A stretch of DNA of 64,000 bases, taken from NCBI RefSeq assembly GCF_039533165.1, contig NZ_BAAATA010000012.1. The stretch is one strand, 5' to 3'. The notes under the pieces were generated by a model. The model ran no database searches and was not told the origin of the DNA. It saw nothing but the letters and a program-made list of their open reading frames with translations. Position numbers and translations under genes: made by a program. Positions 36,172-47,806 of the stretch are shown here, piece by piece. The first letter of the stretch is position 1; each line of letters opens with the position of its first letter. Origin of the DNA: Streptomyces thermolineatus (GTDB lineage: Bacteria; Actinomycetota; Actinomycetes; Streptomycetales; Streptomycetaceae).

Positions 36172-37569
36172 TCAGCGGCCCCAGGGGCCGGTGATCGCGA
36201 AGGTGACGCCCGGGTCGTAGACGTTGACGTACATGGTGCGGTTGCCGTCGGCGGGGCCGGAGAAGGTGACGCCGGCCAGTTCGCCCCAGGCCGGCTCGAG
36301 CGGGGTGCCGATGTCGATGCGGTTGCGCAGCACCGGGTAGACCTCGCCGTCGCGGGTGACGCCGAAGACGTGCTGGGCGCCGTCGCCGTCCTCGCAGACC
36401 ATCAGGCCGCCCTGCGGGGCGAGGCAGATGTTGTCCGGGGCCTCGCCGGGGAGCTGCACGTCCGTGGAGGGGCCGAATACCACCACCAGGGTCAGGCGGC
36501 GCTCGGCCGGGTCGTAGCGCCACACCTGCCCGTGGTGGTCGGCGGCCGAGCCCTCCTCCGCGCGGGCGAAGGAGGAGACGAAGTAGACGCTGCGGCCGCC
36601 CCAGTAGCAGCCCTCCAGCTTCTGGGCGTGGGTGATGCCCCCGCGGCCGAAGTCCTGGTGGCGGATCGGGGTGCGGGCCGCCAGCGGGTCGGGGACGTCG
36701 GCCCACTCGATCCGCTCGAAGACCGTCCCGGCCTCCCGGACGGCGGACAGGTCGGGCACCCCGGGGACGCGCATGGCCTGCAGCCGGCCGCCGGCCCGCA
36801 GGCTGCCGCGCCCGCCCAGCGGCTTCTCCGGCAGGAAGCGGTAGAAGAGGCCGAAGGGGCGCTCGAAGGCGTCCTCGGTCTCGTAGACGGTGCCGTTGCG
36901 CGGGTCGACGGCGACCGCCTCGTGCTGGAAGCGGCCCATGGCGGTCAGCGGCACGGCGCCGGTGCGGCGCGGGTCGTACGGGTCGACCTCGAAGACGAAG
37001 CCGTGGTCCTCGGTGTACCCGTTGGTGCCCGCCCGGTCCTCTGTCTCCTCGCAGGTGAGCCAGGTGTTCCAGGGGGTGGGGCCGCCGGCGCAGTTGACCG
37101 CGGTGCCGGCGATCGCGACGCGCTCGCCCGCCCGCCCGCCGGAGGCGGACAGCTCCAGGGCGGTGCAGCCGCCCTTGGCCTGCGGGTCGTAGGTCAGGCC
37201 GTCCACGACGGGGACGGGCGCACCGGCGTTGGCGCGGTTCTCGTGGTTGCGCACCAGGTGCACCCGGCCGCCGCGGCCGGGGAAGGCGGCCATGCCGTCG
37301 CAGTGGCCGGGGACCGTGCCCTCCCCGGAGGACATCCGATCGCCGGTGCGCGAGAGCACCCGGTACCGGAACCCCTCGGGGAGGTCGAGCATGCCGTCCG
37401 GGTCGGGGACGAGCGGGCCGTAGCCGGCGTCGCCCTTCCCGCGGAGGGAGTTGGCGGGCGGCAGTGCGCCCGCCGCCCCGGCGAAGAGTTCGGGGATGCA
37501 CCCGCTGACGGTGATCGACGCGGCCAGGGCCCCGGATCCGGCGAGCACCCGGCGTCGTGAAACGGACAT
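36172..37569 (-). CDS. PhoX-like/DUF839 secreted protein (Tat signal)
   Basis: MSVSRRRVLAGSGALAASITVSG is a Tat motif. The DUF839 body is LVRNHE...TCEETEDRAGTNGY...DNICLAPQGGLMVCEDGDG. The ATG at 37567..37569 lies inside the larger artefactual ORF. Confidence 0.7.
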   Translation of the reverse strand: MSVSRRRVLAGSGALAASITVSGCIPELFAGAAGALPPANSLRGKGDAGYGPLVPDPDGMLDLPEGFRYRVLSRTGDRMSSGEGTVPGHCDGMAAFPGRGGRVHLVRNHENRANAGAPVPVVDGLTYDPQAKGGCTALELSASGGRAGERVAIAGTAVNCAGGPTPWNTWLTCEETEDRAGTNGYTEDHGFVFEVDPYDPRRTGAVPLTAMGRFQHEAVAVDPRNGTVYETEDAFERPFGLFYRFLPEKPLGGRGSLRAGGRLQAMRVPGVPDLSAVREAGTVFERIEWADVPDPLAARTPIRHQDFGRGGITHAQKLEGCYWGGRSVYFVSSFARAEEGSAADHHGQVWRYDPAERRLTLVVVFGPSTDVQLPGEAPDNICLAPQGGLMVCEDGDGAQHVFGVTRDGEVYPVLRNRIDIGTPLEPAWGELAGVTFSGPADGNRTMYVNVYDPGVTFAITGPWGR

Positions 37570-37688
37570 GGTCTCTCCCTGCTGGCGGACAGGAACATGA
37601 CCCGGCCGTGTGTACCACGTCACAGGCCGGACCGGAACCGCGCCTGCCCCCGCACCGCGTCCGCGGAGGTTCGGTCCGGGCCGCCCGC

Positions 37689-38801
37689 CTACCGGCCCTC
37701 CGCCACGACCTTGCCGCTGTCGCGGGCCAGGGCGACCAGGCGGGATATCGCCCGGAAGTACTTCTTGCGGTAGCCGCCGCGCAGCATCTCCTCGCTGAAC
37801 ATCTCGTCGAACGGCACCCCGGAGGCCGTCACCGGCACCTCGCGGTCGTAGAGCCGGTCGGCCAGGACGACCAGCCGCAGCGCCGTGCCCTGGTCGGGCA
37901 CCGGCGTGACGCCGCGCAGGAAGACCGCGCTCACCCCGTCGGTCAGGGCGCCGTAGCGGCTGGGGTGGACGCGGGAGAGGTGGTCCAGCAGGGCGCCGAA
38001 GTCGTCGAGGGAGGCTCCGGGGACGCCGGAGGCGGCGGCGGTGACCTCCTCGTCGGTGTACGGGGCGGGGGCCGCGGGCAGGCCGCGGTGGCGGTAGTCC
38101 TCGCCGTCGACGCGCAGGGAGCGGAAGTGCGCGGACAGGCCCTGGATCTCCCGCATGAAGTCGGAGGCGGCGAAGCGGCCCTCGCCGAGCTTGCCGGGCA
38201 GGGTGTTGGAGGTGGCCATCAGCTTCACGCCGGCGTCGGCCAGTTTCGCCAGCAGGGTGGAGACCAGGACGGTGTCGCCCGGGTCGTCGAGCTCGAACTC
38301 GTCGATGCACAGCAGCCTGTGGTCGCTGAGCGCCTGCACCGCGTGCTGGAAGCCGAGCGCGCCCACCAGGTTGGTCAGCTCCACGAAGGTGCCGAACGCC
38401 TTCTGCTCGCGCGGGGCGGGGGCCGCGTGCCAGGTGGAGGCGAGCAGGTGGGTCTTGCCGACGCCGTAGCCGCCGTCGAGGTAGACGCCCGTGGGGCCGG
38501 CCGGGGCCGCGGGGGCGGCGGGGGCGCGGCGGAACCAGCGGCGGCGGCCGCCCTCCCCGGGGGCGCCGACGGAGGCGGCGAAGCCGCGCAGCACCCGCAC
38601 CGCCTCGGCCTGGCTGGGCTGCGCGGGGTCGGGGATGTAGTTGTCGAAGCGCACCCCGTCGAAACGCGGGGGCGGCACCATCTCGGCGACGAGCCGGTCG
38701 GCGGGCACGTGCGGTTCGCGGTCGCACAGGGAGACCGGGCCGGCGGCCGCGGGGGGCGGCGTCGGGCCGGAGGAGGGCGTGGGGGAGGCTGCGGAGGACA
38801 C
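37689..38801 (-). CDS. zapE: cell division protein ZapE (AFG1-like ATPase)
   Basis: GVYLDGGYGVGKTHLLAS is the Walker A and LLCIDEFELDDPGD is the Walker B. A GTG start at 38801 is proposed. The upstream part of the track ORF is Pro/Arg-rich and is probably not translated. Confidence 0.65.
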   Translation of the reverse strand: MSSAASPTPSSGPTPPPAAAGPVSLCDREPHVPADRLVAEMVPPPRFDGVRFDNYIPDPAQPSQAEAVRVLRGFAASVGAPGEGGRRRWFRRAPAAPAAPAGPTGVYLDGGYGVGKTHLLASTWHAAPAPREQKAFGTFVELTNLVGALGFQHAVQALSDHRLLCIDEFELDDPGDTVLVSTLLAKLADAGVKLMATSNTLPGKLGEGRFAASDFMREIQGLSAHFRSLRVDGEDYRHRGLPAAPAPYTDEEVTAAASGVPGASLDDFGALLDHLSRVHPSRYGALTDGVSAVFLRGVTPVPDQGTALRLVVLADRLYDREVPVTASGVPFDEMFSEEMLRGGYRKKYFRAISRLVALARDSGKVVAEGR

Positions 38802-38875
38802 AGCCCTCCACCTTACGTCCTCGTGTCCGCGGGCAGCGTGGGCCGTGCCACACCGGCCGTGCCACACTGCGGGGC

Positions 38876-39763
38876 ATGCGCCGCCTGTACCCCGTGCACC
38901 CCGCCCCCGACCTGCCCGCCTCCCCCTCCGCCGGGCCCACCGGCCGGGAGGCCGGCACCACCGGCCCCCTCGCCCCCGGCACTCCGGGCGTCCCGGGCAC
39001 TCCGGGCACCCCGGGCACCCCGGGCACCCCGGAGGACCTGGGCACCCTGGAGGGCCTCGCCGAGGCGTACGCCTACCCGCCGGGCACGGACGCCTCCGCA
39101 CCGTGGCTGCGCGGCAACATGGTGAGCAGCCTCGACGGCGCCGCCCACCACGCCGGGCACTCCCGGCCGCTGTCCTGCGAGGCGGACGTGCGGATCCTCG
39201 GGCTGCTGCGGGCACTGGCGGACGTGGTGGTCGTCGGCGCCGGGACGATCCGCACCGAGGGGTACGGGCCGCTGCGGGCCCGCAAGGCGTTCGCCGGGCG
39301 GCGGGCTGCGCTGGGACAGACCCCGGCCCCGGCGATCGCAGTGGTCACCTCCGGCTGCGACCTCGACTTCTCCTCCCCCCTGTTCACCGAGGCCCTCACC
39401 CCGACCGTGCTGCTGACCGGGACCGCCGCCCCCGAGGCCCGGGTGCGCGCGGCACGGGAGGCCGGCGCCGTGGTGATCACGGCCGGCGAGGGGACGGGCG
39501 TGGACCCGGCGCGGGCGGTGCGCGAGCTGGCCAGGCACGGCTGGGGACGGCTGCTGACCGAGGGCGGCCCGCAGCTGCTGGGGCAGTTCGCCGGGGCCGG
39601 GGTGCTGGACGAGCTGTGCCTGACGATCGCGCCCCTGGTCACCTCGGGCGACGCCTCCCGGATCATGAGCGGGCCCGGGCTCGACGAGCCCCGGCGCTTC
39701 TCCCCCGCCTCGATCCTGGAGGAGGACGGCTTCCTGTTCACCCGCTACGTCAGGAATCGTTGA
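38876..39763 (+). CDS. RibD C-terminal domain (dihydrofolate reductase-like) reductase family protein
   Basis: NMVSSLDG, VVVGAGTIRTEGYGP and LTEGGPQLLGQF are RibD_C motifs. The N-terminus contains a (GTP)n repeat encoded by the 9-bp tandem repeat at 38978..39031. Confidence 0.6.
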   Translation: MRRLYPVHPAPDLPASPSAGPTGREAGTTGPLAPGTPGVPGTPGTPGTPGTPEDLGTLEGLAEAYAYPPGTDASAPWLRGNMVSSLDGAAHHAGHSRPLSCEADVRILGLLRALADVVVVGAGTIRTEGYGPLRARKAFAGRRAALGQTPAPAIAVVTSGCDLDFSSPLFTEALTPTVLLTGTAAPEARVRAAREAGAVVITAGEGTGVDPARAVRELARHGWGRLLTEGGPQLLGQFAGAGVLDELCLTIAPLVTSGDASRIMSGPGLDEPRRFSPASILEEDGFLFTRYVRNR

Positions 39764-39867
39764 TTCCCGTCCGCTTTTCGGGGAAAACTGCCCCGCGTGC
39801 CCCGTCGATCCGGGGGCAGACGGTTCTCGCGGGGGCCGGCCGGCCACCGGGAAGGAAAGGCGTGCCC

Positions 39868-40335
39868 GTGTTCACGACGGTACTGATGATCGAAAGACCC
39901 CTCGCGCCGGAGGACGTGGAGACGGTCACCACCCTGCACGGCGACGAGCCGGTGTCGTTCGTGGTCCTCATGCAGCCGCGCGGCGACCAGGACCTCCTGC
40001 TGCGCGCACTGGACGACGTCGCCCTGGGCCAGCTGGACAAGGCCGTGCACGAGGACGACGAGCCCGAGGGAGAGGAGGCCACCACCGCCGCCGGACGCGC
40101 CCTCGCGCACAGCCTGCAGTCGCTGCGCGACGCCGGCTCCGAGGCCGTCGGGCAGATCGTCGACAAGCACCCGGTGGACCTGCTGCGCTCGGTCGTGGCC
40201 GAGACCGGCGCCGACGAGGTGATCGTGCTGACCGCCCCGCACCTGGTGGAGGAGTTCTTCCACCGCGACTGGGCCTCCCGGGCGCGCCACAAGGTGGGCG
40301 TCCCGGTGCTCAAGCTCTTCGCCCACAACGAGTAG
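39868..40335 (+). CDS. conserved hypothetical protein (155 aa)
   Basis: The GTG at 39868 follows a GGAAGGAAAGG RBS. The protein begins VFTTVLMIERPLAPEDVETVTTLHGDEPVSFVVLMQP. No family is recognised. It lies upstream of murC. Confidence 0.4.
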   Translation: MFTTVLMIERPLAPEDVETVTTLHGDEPVSFVVLMQPRGDQDLLLRALDDVALGQLDKAVHEDDEPEGEEATTAAGRALAHSLQSLRDAGSEAVGQIVDKHPVDLLRSVVAETGADEVIVLTAPHLVEEFFHRDWASRARHKVGVPVLKLFAHNE

Positions 40336-40401
40336 GCTCGCCGGGGCGCGCCCGCGCGGCGCGCCCCGTACCGCGACCGCTCGACCAGGGGAGACCCGCA
40401 G

Positions 40402-41796
<1,395 letters not shown>

Positions 41797-41831
41797 ACCG
41801 GACGGCCGAGCGACACGAGGAGGGACCCGCC

Positions 41832-42239
41832 GTGGGTTACGAGGTCGACAGGACCGAGCAGGAGTGGCGCGAGCGGCTGACGGAGGAGGAGTACCGGGTG
41901 CTCCGCCAGGCCGGCACCGAGCGCCCCTTCACCGGCGAGTACACCGGCACCAAGGCCGAGGGCGTCTACTCGTGCCGGGCCTGCGGGGCCGAACTGTTCC
42001 GCTCCGACACCAAGTTCGAGAGCCACTGCGGCTGGCCCAGCTTCTACGACCCGGCCGACAGCGACGCCGTGGAACTGATCGAGGACCGCTCGCTCGGCAT
42101 GGTGCGCACCGAGGTGCGCTGCGCCCGCTGCGGCAGCCACCTGGGCCACGTCTTCTCCGGCGAGGGCTACCCGACCCCCACCGACCAGCGGTACTGCATC
42201 AACTCGATCTCCCTGCGACTGGTCCCCGAGGAGGGCTGA
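41832..42239 (+). CDS. msrB: peptide-methionine (R)-S-oxide reductase MsrB
   Basis: YSCRACGAELF...HCGWPSF...RCARCGSHLGHVF is the SelR/MsrB zinc and catalytic motif set. Confidence 0.9.
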   Translation: MGYEVDRTEQEWRERLTEEEYRVLRQAGTERPFTGEYTGTKAEGVYSCRACGAELFRSDTKFESHCGWPSFYDPADSDAVELIEDRSLGMVRTEVRCARCGSHLGHVFSGEGYPTPTDQRYCINSISLRLVPEEG

Positions 42240-42327
42240 CGTACATAGGGGCAGTCCGTCCGCCCGGTCCCGCCGCCGCCCCCGTCCTGCGCCGGGGCCC
42301 GCGGCGGGACCCTGGCATTCTTGGACC

Positions 42328-43065
42328 GTGACCAGCACTCCCTCCACCCCCGGTACCGGCGCCGCCGGCGACCGCGCCGGGGAGCAGGCCCCCGCGCCGG
42401 GCCCCGTGACCGAGTTCGTCCTCCCGCTCGTCGTCCGCGTCGAACGGGCCGACCCCCCGGCGCGCACCGCGGCGCTGGAGACGGCGGCGCGCGCCGTACT
42501 GGCGTTCCTGTCCGACGAGCGGTCCACCGACGGTGAGTGGTCGCAGGCGGTGCGCGCCTGGGAGGGCGCCCGGATCCGCAAGGTGGTGCGCCGGGCCCGG
42601 GGCGCGGAGTGGCGCCGCGCGGAAGCCCTGGACGGGCTGACCCTCGACGGCGGAGGGGCGCAGGTGCGGGTCTTCCCGCCGGTGCCGCTGGACGGCTGGC
42701 CCAAGGACCTGGCCCGCCTCCAGGTGTCGGGGACGGAACTCGCGGACCCGTCCGTGCCGCCGGCCCCCGGGCCGGGACTGCCGGTGCTGTGGCTCAACCC
42801 GGAGCTGGGCATGACGGCCGGCAAGGCGATGGCTCAGGTCGCCCACGCCGCGCAGCTGGCCTGGTGGCGGCTGGACGGGGACGCCCGCGAGCGGTGGCGC
42901 GCCTCGGGGTTCGCGCTGGCGGTCCGCACGGCGCCGGGGGCGCAGGCCTGGCAGCGGCTGGTCGCCTCCGGTCTCCCGGTGGTGCGGGACGCGGGCTTCA
43001 CCGAGATCGCCCCGGGCTCGTGCACGGTCGTGGCCGAACACCCGGCACTGACCGACCGGGGGTGA
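42328..43065 (+). CDS. peptidyl-tRNA hydrolase PTH2-like domain protein
   Basis: The C-terminal region MTAGKAMAQVAHAA...DAGFTEIAPGSCTVVA matches the Pth2 family. The N-terminus is Pro/Ala-rich. Confidence 0.5.
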   Translation: MTSTPSTPGTGAAGDRAGEQAPAPGPVTEFVLPLVVRVERADPPARTAALETAARAVLAFLSDERSTDGEWSQAVRAWEGARIRKVVRRARGAEWRRAEALDGLTLDGGGAQVRVFPPVPLDGWPKDLARLQVSGTELADPSVPPAPGPGLPVLWLNPELGMTAGKAMAQVAHAAQLAWWRLDGDARERWRASGFALAVRTAPGAQAWQRLVASGLPVVRDAGFTEIAPGSCTVVAEHPALTDRG

Positions 43066-43102
43066 ACCGGTCCGGAGACGGACCGGGGTCACGGGCCGGG
43101 AG

Positions 43103-43678
43103 TCACGGGCCGGGAGTCACGGGCGGCCGGCGTCGGGACCGGCCGGCGGTGCGGGCCGCGGGCCACAGGCCGACGACCCGGTCGGCGACCTGCTCGACAG
43201 TCAGCCCGGTGGTGTCCACGACCAGGGTGCCGCCGGGGTCGGCCGCGGCGATGGCCTCCGACTGGGCGGTGGAGCGCTCCAGTTGGTCCTCGGTGCCGGA
43301 GCCGATCTCCCGGCGGCGGACCCGCTGCGCCAGCACCTGCGGCGAGGCGGTCAGCCGGACGACGGTGAAGGCCGCGCGGGGCACCGCGTCGGCGATCCAG
43401 GCGAGTTCCTGCCGCAGGTCGGCGAAGACCCCGCACAGCACCAGCCGGGTGTGGCCCAGGCCCAGGTAGGTGGACCACAGGGCGGCCAGGTTGGTGCGGG
43501 CCGGCTCGAAGGCTGGCAGGCCGGGGACGGGCCAGGGGTGCATCCGGTCCAGTTCGTCGGCGTCGACCGTCGCGTGGGCGATGCCGGACCGGCCGAGCAG
43601 CGCCGAGACCTCGTGGGCGGTCGAGGTCTTGCCCACCCCCGCCGCCCCGCAGATCACCAGCACGTCCACGTCCGCCAT
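43103..43678 (-). CDS. P-loop kinase/ATPase (AAA_33-like)
   Basis: [24 protein letters not shown] is the Walker A. The C-terminal VTPGPVTPGP tail is encoded by the 15-bp tandem repeat at 43087..43125. Confidence 0.55.
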   Translation of the reverse strand: MADVDVLVICGAAGVGKTSTAHEVSALLGRSGIAHATVDADELDRMHPWPVPGLPAFEPARTNLAALWSTYLGLGHTRLVLCGVFADLRQELAWIADAVPRAAFTVVRLTASPQVLAQRVRRREIGSGTEDQLERSTAQSEAIAAADPGGTLVVDTTGLTVEQVADRVVGLWPAARTAGRSRRRPPVTPGP

Positions 43679-43796
43679 GCCGAGCAAGTCTGATGCCGTC
43701 CGTAAGCTCAAATCAACCTCTGGAAACGAGACATCGGGATTGGGCGGCGGCCGCGGCGGCGATCACACCGGCAGGCGCGAAGGCGGAGGGGGAACC

Positions 43797-44660
43797 GTGG
43801 AACAGTTGGGCCTGGGGATCGGCTGGCGTCCGGAGATCGCGGACGCCGTGGAGGAGCTGGCCTCCGCGGAGGGGCCGGAGAGGGTCCGGTGGGTGGAGGT
43901 GGTGGCCGAGAACATATGCCCCGGCCACCTGCCCGACTCCCTGGTCCGGCTGCGCGGGCGCGGGGTGACCGTGGTTCCGCACGGGGTCTCGCTGGGCCTG
44001 GGCGGCGCGGAGCGGCCCGACCCGCAGCGGCTGGCGGCCCTGGCCGAGCGGGCCGAGGCGCTGGGGGCTCCCCTGGTGACCGAGCACATCGCGTTCGTCC
44101 GGGCGGGCGGGGCCGCGACCGGCTCCCCCCGCCTGGAAGCGGGCCACCTGCTGCCGGTGCCGCGCTCGCGCGACGCCTTGGAGGTGCTGGTGGAGAACGT
44201 GCGGATCGCCCAGGACTCGCTGCCGGTCCCGCTGGCACTGGAGAACGTCGCGGCGCTGTTCGGCTGGCCGGACGACGACATGGGCGAGGGCGCCTTCCTG
44301 GCCGAGCTGGCCGGGCGGACCGGCGTGAAGCTGCTGGTCGACGTGGCCAACCTGCACACCAACCGCGTCAACCGGGGCGAGGACCCGGTCGAGGCCCTGG
44401 ACGCGCTGCCCGACGGGGCCCTGGCGTACGTGCACGTCGCCGGAGGGGCCGAGCGCGACGGGATCTGGCACGACACCCACGCCCACCCCGTGCCCGGCCC
44501 GGTGCTGGAGGTCCTGGAGGCGCTGTGCGAGCGGCACCGCCCGCCGGGCGTCCTGCTCGAGCGCGACGACGACTTCCCGCCGCTGCCGGAGCTGGCGGGC
44601 GAACTGCGGTCCGTGCGGCGGGTCCTGGAGCGGAGCGGGAGGAGCAGCCGTGTCGGGTGA
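43797..44660 (+). CDS. DUF692 (MbnB-like, TIM-barrel) family protein
   Basis: [15 protein letters not shown]...VEVVAENI...[12 protein letters not shown]...LVTEHIAF are characteristic of the DUF692/UPF0276 family. The GTG at 43797 has a GGAGGGGG RBS. Confidence 0.65.
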   Translation: MEQLGLGIGWRPEIADAVEELASAEGPERVRWVEVVAENICPGHLPDSLVRLRGRGVTVVPHGVSLGLGGAERPDPQRLAALAERAEALGAPLVTEHIAFVRAGGAATGSPRLEAGHLLPVPRSRDALEVLVENVRIAQDSLPVPLALENVAALFGWPDDDMGEGAFLAELAGRTGVKLLVDVANLHTNRVNRGEDPVEALDALPDGALAYVHVAGGAERDGIWHDTHAHPVPGPVLEVLEALCERHRPPGVLLERDDDFPPLPELAGELRSVRRVLERSGRSSRVG

Positions 44661-45177
44661 GAAGCGTCCCGCGGCGGACGGAACGAGTGCCGGCGGGGCC
44701 GGCGGGACCAGTGGTGCCGGCGGGACCGGCGGGACCGGCGGGGGGACGGAGGGCGCCCGGCAGCGCCTGGCGCTCGCGCAGACGGCGCTGCTGTCGGCCC
44801 TCGTCGCGGGCACGCCCGTGCCCCCGGGCTTCGACCCGGCGCGGATAAGGGCCCAGAAGGCGGCCCTGGCCGCGAAGCGGGCGAACGTGGTGGCCAGGAT
44901 CGCCCCGGAGCTGCCGCGGATCCTGGGGGACGGGTACCGGCCGGCGTTCCTGCGCCACGCCCACCGCACGCCGATGGACGGCGGCTACCGGCACGACGCG
45001 CTGGCGTTCGCCCGGGACGTGCTCGGCCGGGCCGAGCTGACCCGGCGCCAGCGCGGGGAGCTGGCGCAGTGGCTGTACGAGCGGTCCGGTCCGGCTCCCC
45101 GCCGGGGCGGGCGGATCGTCCGGCTGCTGGCCGGCCTGCGGACGGTCCGCGCCGACCGGCCGGCGCGCCGCGGCTGA
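44650..45177 (+). CDS. DUF2063-like (putative DNA-binding) protein, short
   Basis: [45 protein letters not shown] resembles the DUF2063 N-terminal region. There is an 11-bp overlap with the DUF692 stop, suggesting translational coupling. Confidence 0.45.
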   Translation: MSGEKRPAADGTSAGGAGGTSGAGGTGGTGGGTEGARQRLALAQTALLSALVAGTPVPPGFDPARIRAQKAALAAKRANVVARIAPELPRILGDGYRPAFLRHAHRTPMDGGYRHDALAFARDVLGRAELTRRQRGELAQWLYERSGPAPRRGGRIVRLLAGLRTVRADRPARRG

Positions 45178-45255
45178 GCCGCCCGGAGCCCCCGGAGCCG
45201 CGCGGGGCCGCCCGGAGTCCCCGGAGCCGCGCGGGGCTGCCCGGAGCCGCCCACG
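45178..45255. repeat. ~30-bp tandem repeat x2.5 (GCCGCCCGGAGCCCCCGGAGCCGCGCGGGG) in convergent intergenic region
   Basis: The repeat was read directly. It lies between the DUF2063-like gene stop and the hemQ stop. Confidence 0.8.
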
Positions 45256-45437
45256 TCCGTCCGGGACCGCGCACAACGGCGGACGCCCCCGGCGGCCCGG
45301 TCCGCCCCCCGTCCCGTCCGGGGCCGGGGGAAGCGGGCCGGGCCGCCGGGGGCGCACCCGCGAACGGTGTCGGGGTGGCCGGGGGCGGGCCGAGGGGCCG
45401 GGGCGGGCCGGGGAGGTCCGTCCGGGCCGGGTCCGTC

Positions 45438-46175
45438 TCAGGCCAGGCCGGCGACCAGTTCGGAGACGGCCTTGCGGCGGCCGGTGTAGAAGGGGACCTC
45501 CTCGCGCACGTGCATCCGCGCCCGGGAGCCGCGCAGGTGCCGCATGAGGTCGACGATCCGGTGCAGCTCGTCGGCCTCGAAGGCCAGCATCCACTCGTAG
45601 TCGCCCAGGGCGAAGGAGGCGACGGTGTTGGCGCGCACGTCCGGGAAGCCGCGCGCCATCTTTCCGTGCTCCGCCAGCATCTGGCGGCGCTCCTCGTCCT
45701 CCAGCAGGTACCAGTCGTAGGAGCGCACGAACGGGTAGACGCAGATGTAGTCGCGCGGGGTCTCGTCGGCCAGGAACGCCGGGATGTGGCTCTTGTTGAA
45801 CTCCGCGGGGCGGTGCAGGGCCATGTTGGACCACACGGGTTCCAGGGCGCGGCCCAGGCGGGTGCGGCGGAACCGGTTGTAGGCGTCCTGCAGGGCGTCG
45901 GAGTCCTCGGAGTGCCACCAGACCATCACGTCGGCGTCGGCGCGCAGGCCGGAGACGTCGTAGGTGCCGCGCACCGTGACGCCCTTGGCGGCGAGCTGGT
46001 CGAACAGCTCCTGGACCTCGTCCGCCCAGCCGGCACGGTCCTCGGGCAGGGCCTCGCGCAGCCGGAAGACGGACCACAGCGTGTAGCGGATGACCTGGTT
46101 GAGGTCGCGGGCCTTGGGCCGCTCGCCCCGGTCGGGCGCGGCGCTCTTCTCGGATGCAGCAGTGCTCTCGGTCAT
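45438..46175 (-). CDS. hemQ: coproheme decarboxylase (HemQ/ChdC, chlorite dismutase family)
   Basis: YTLWSVFRL..., [24 protein letters not shown] and [14 protein letters not shown] are present. Confidence 0.85.
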   Translation of the reverse strand: MTESTAASEKSAAPDRGERPKARDLNQVIRYTLWSVFRLREALPEDRAGWADEVQELFDQLAAKGVTVRGTYDVSGLRADADVMVWWHSEDSDALQDAYNRFRRTRLGRALEPVWSNMALHRPAEFNKSHIPAFLADETPRDYICVYPFVRSYDWYLLEDEERRQMLAEHGKMARGFPDVRANTVASFALGDYEWMLAFEADELHRIVDLMRHLRGSRARMHVREEVPFYTGRRKAVSELVAGLA

Positions 46176-46179
46176 GGCC

Positions 46180-47640
46180 CTATTGTCCCGCGCCGCCGCC
46201 GGCGCCCGTGCCCGGGGTGCCCCCCAGCAGCGCGTCGGCGGCGCGCCGCGCGGAGCCGATGCAGGCGGGGATGCCGACCCCGTCGTAGAGGGCTCCGCAC
46301 ACCTGCAGTCCGGGGAGTCCGGCGACGTGCGCGCGGACGCGGGCGACCCGGTCGAGGTGGCCGACGGGGTACTGCGGCAGGCCGCGGTCCCAGCGGGTGA
46401 CGCGGGCGGCGACCGGGGCCGCGGTCAGGCCGATCGCCTCGCCCAGGTCGTGCCGGGACAGCCGGACCAGGTCGGTGTCGTCGCGGAGCAGGTCGGCCTC
46501 CTCGCCGTGCCGCCCGACCGAGGTGCGCAGCACCAGCACGTCGGGGTCGGCGTCGCCCACCCATCCCCACTTGACGCTGGAGAACGTCGAGGCCTTGATG
46601 GTGCGGCCGTCGACCGGCGGCACCAGGAAGCCGCTGCCCCGCGGCTGCACGGCCAGGTCACGGCGGCGGAAGGCCATGGTGACCAGCGCCATGCTCGCGT
46701 ACTCCACCGGCGCCAGTTCGGCCGCGGCTCCGGGTGCCTCGGACGACAGCAGCCGGGAGGCGGCAGCGGCGGGGACGGAGAGCACCACCGCGTCGGCGTC
46801 GAGCACCTCGGTGCCGTGCGGGGCGGAGGTCTCGACCCGCCAGCCGGACGCGGTGCGGCGCAGGGCGCGCGCCTCGGTGCCGGTGCGCACCTCGGCCCCG
46901 GCGGCCCGGCAGGCCTCGGCGACGGCCTGCGGCAGCCGCCCGACGCCGCCCTCGATGCCGAGGAAGACCGGGCCCGCGTCCTGGGTGCGGGCGGCGGCCC
47001 GGTGGAGTTCCTCGCGGACGCCCGCGATCAGGGACCGGTGCGGCGAGCGGGCGATCTCGAACAGCTTGGGGACGGCGGCGCGCATCGAGATCTCGTGGGC
47101 GTTGCCCGCGTAGACGCCGCCCAGCAGCGGCTCGACCAGCCGGTCGACGACCTCGCGGCCGAGCCTCGCCTCCACGAAGGCGCCGACGGCGACGTCGTCC
47201 TCGACCGGGGTGCGCGGCAGCAGGTGGTCGAGCGGGATCCTGGCGAGCCCGGCCGGGGAGATCACGCCGGAGGCGGCCACCGGGCCGAGGTCCCCGGGGA
47301 CGCCCATGAGGTGGCCCTTGGGCATGGGCCGCAGCGCTCCCCTGGTCCACAGGGAGGCGCTCGCGGTGGCCGGGGGCTGCAGCGCGTCGGCCAGGCCGAC
47401 GGCGCGGGCCAGTCCGACGGCCTCCGGGCGGCGGGCGAGCATCGACTCGGCCCCCAGGTCGACCGGGACCCCCGCGATCTCGTCGGCGTACAGCTTGCCG
47501 CCGAGCCGGGAGGAGGCCTCCAGGACGGTGACCCGGGGCACTCCGCCCGAGGTCAGGAACCAGGCGGCGGCGAGGCCCGAGATGCCTCCTCCGACCACCA
47601 CGACGTGCCGGGGAAGCGGGCCCGTGTGCGCAGCGCTCAT
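46180..47640 (-). CDS. hemY: protoporphyrinogen/coproporphyrinogen III oxidase (HemY/CgoX)
   Basis: [16 protein letters not shown] is the FAD GxGxxG motif. The protein is 486 aa. The ATG is at 47640. It lies immediately upstream of hemQ. Confidence 0.8.
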   Translation of the reverse strand: MSAAHTGPLPRHVVVVGGGISGLAAAWFLTSGGVPRVTVLEASSRLGGKLYADEIAGVPVDLGAESMLARRPEAVGLARAVGLADALQPPATASASLWTRGALRPMPKGHLMGVPGDLGPVAASGVISPAGLARIPLDHLLPRTPVEDDVAVGAFVEARLGREVVDRLVEPLLGGVYAGNAHEISMRAAVPKLFEIARSPHRSLIAGVREELHRAAARTQDAGPVFLGIEGGVGRLPQAVAEACRAAGAEVRTGTEARALRRTASGWRVETSAPHGTEVLDADAVVLSVPAAAASRLLSSEAPGAAAELAPVEYASMALVTMAFRRRDLAVQPRGSGFLVPPVDGRTIKASTFSSVKWGWVGDADPDVLVLRTSVGRHGEEADLLRDDTDLVRLSRHDLGEAIGLTAAPVAARVTRWDRGLPQYPVGHLDRVARVRAHVAGLPGLQVCGALYDGVGIPACIGSARRAADALLGGTPGTGAGGGAGQ

Positions 47641-47806
47641 GCCCCAACTCTTCCAGACGGGGCGGCGCCGCACGGCACCGGGGGCGCCTGCCGGAGGTGC
47701 CCGTTCCGCGTCCGGACCGTGACCTGTTCGGAACCCGCGTCCGGCAACCCGGACCCGGCGGGCCCCGTCGAACGGGGGACAGTCACGCCACCGACGCTGG
47801 GGGACC

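Noticed and set aside
43693-43968. 91-aa ORF upstream of DUF692 considered as a RiPP precursor peptide
   Set aside because: It lies in the likely divergent promoter region and overlaps the DUF692 start out of frame. It has no RBS and no Cys-rich core where expected. No leader-core architecture is evident.
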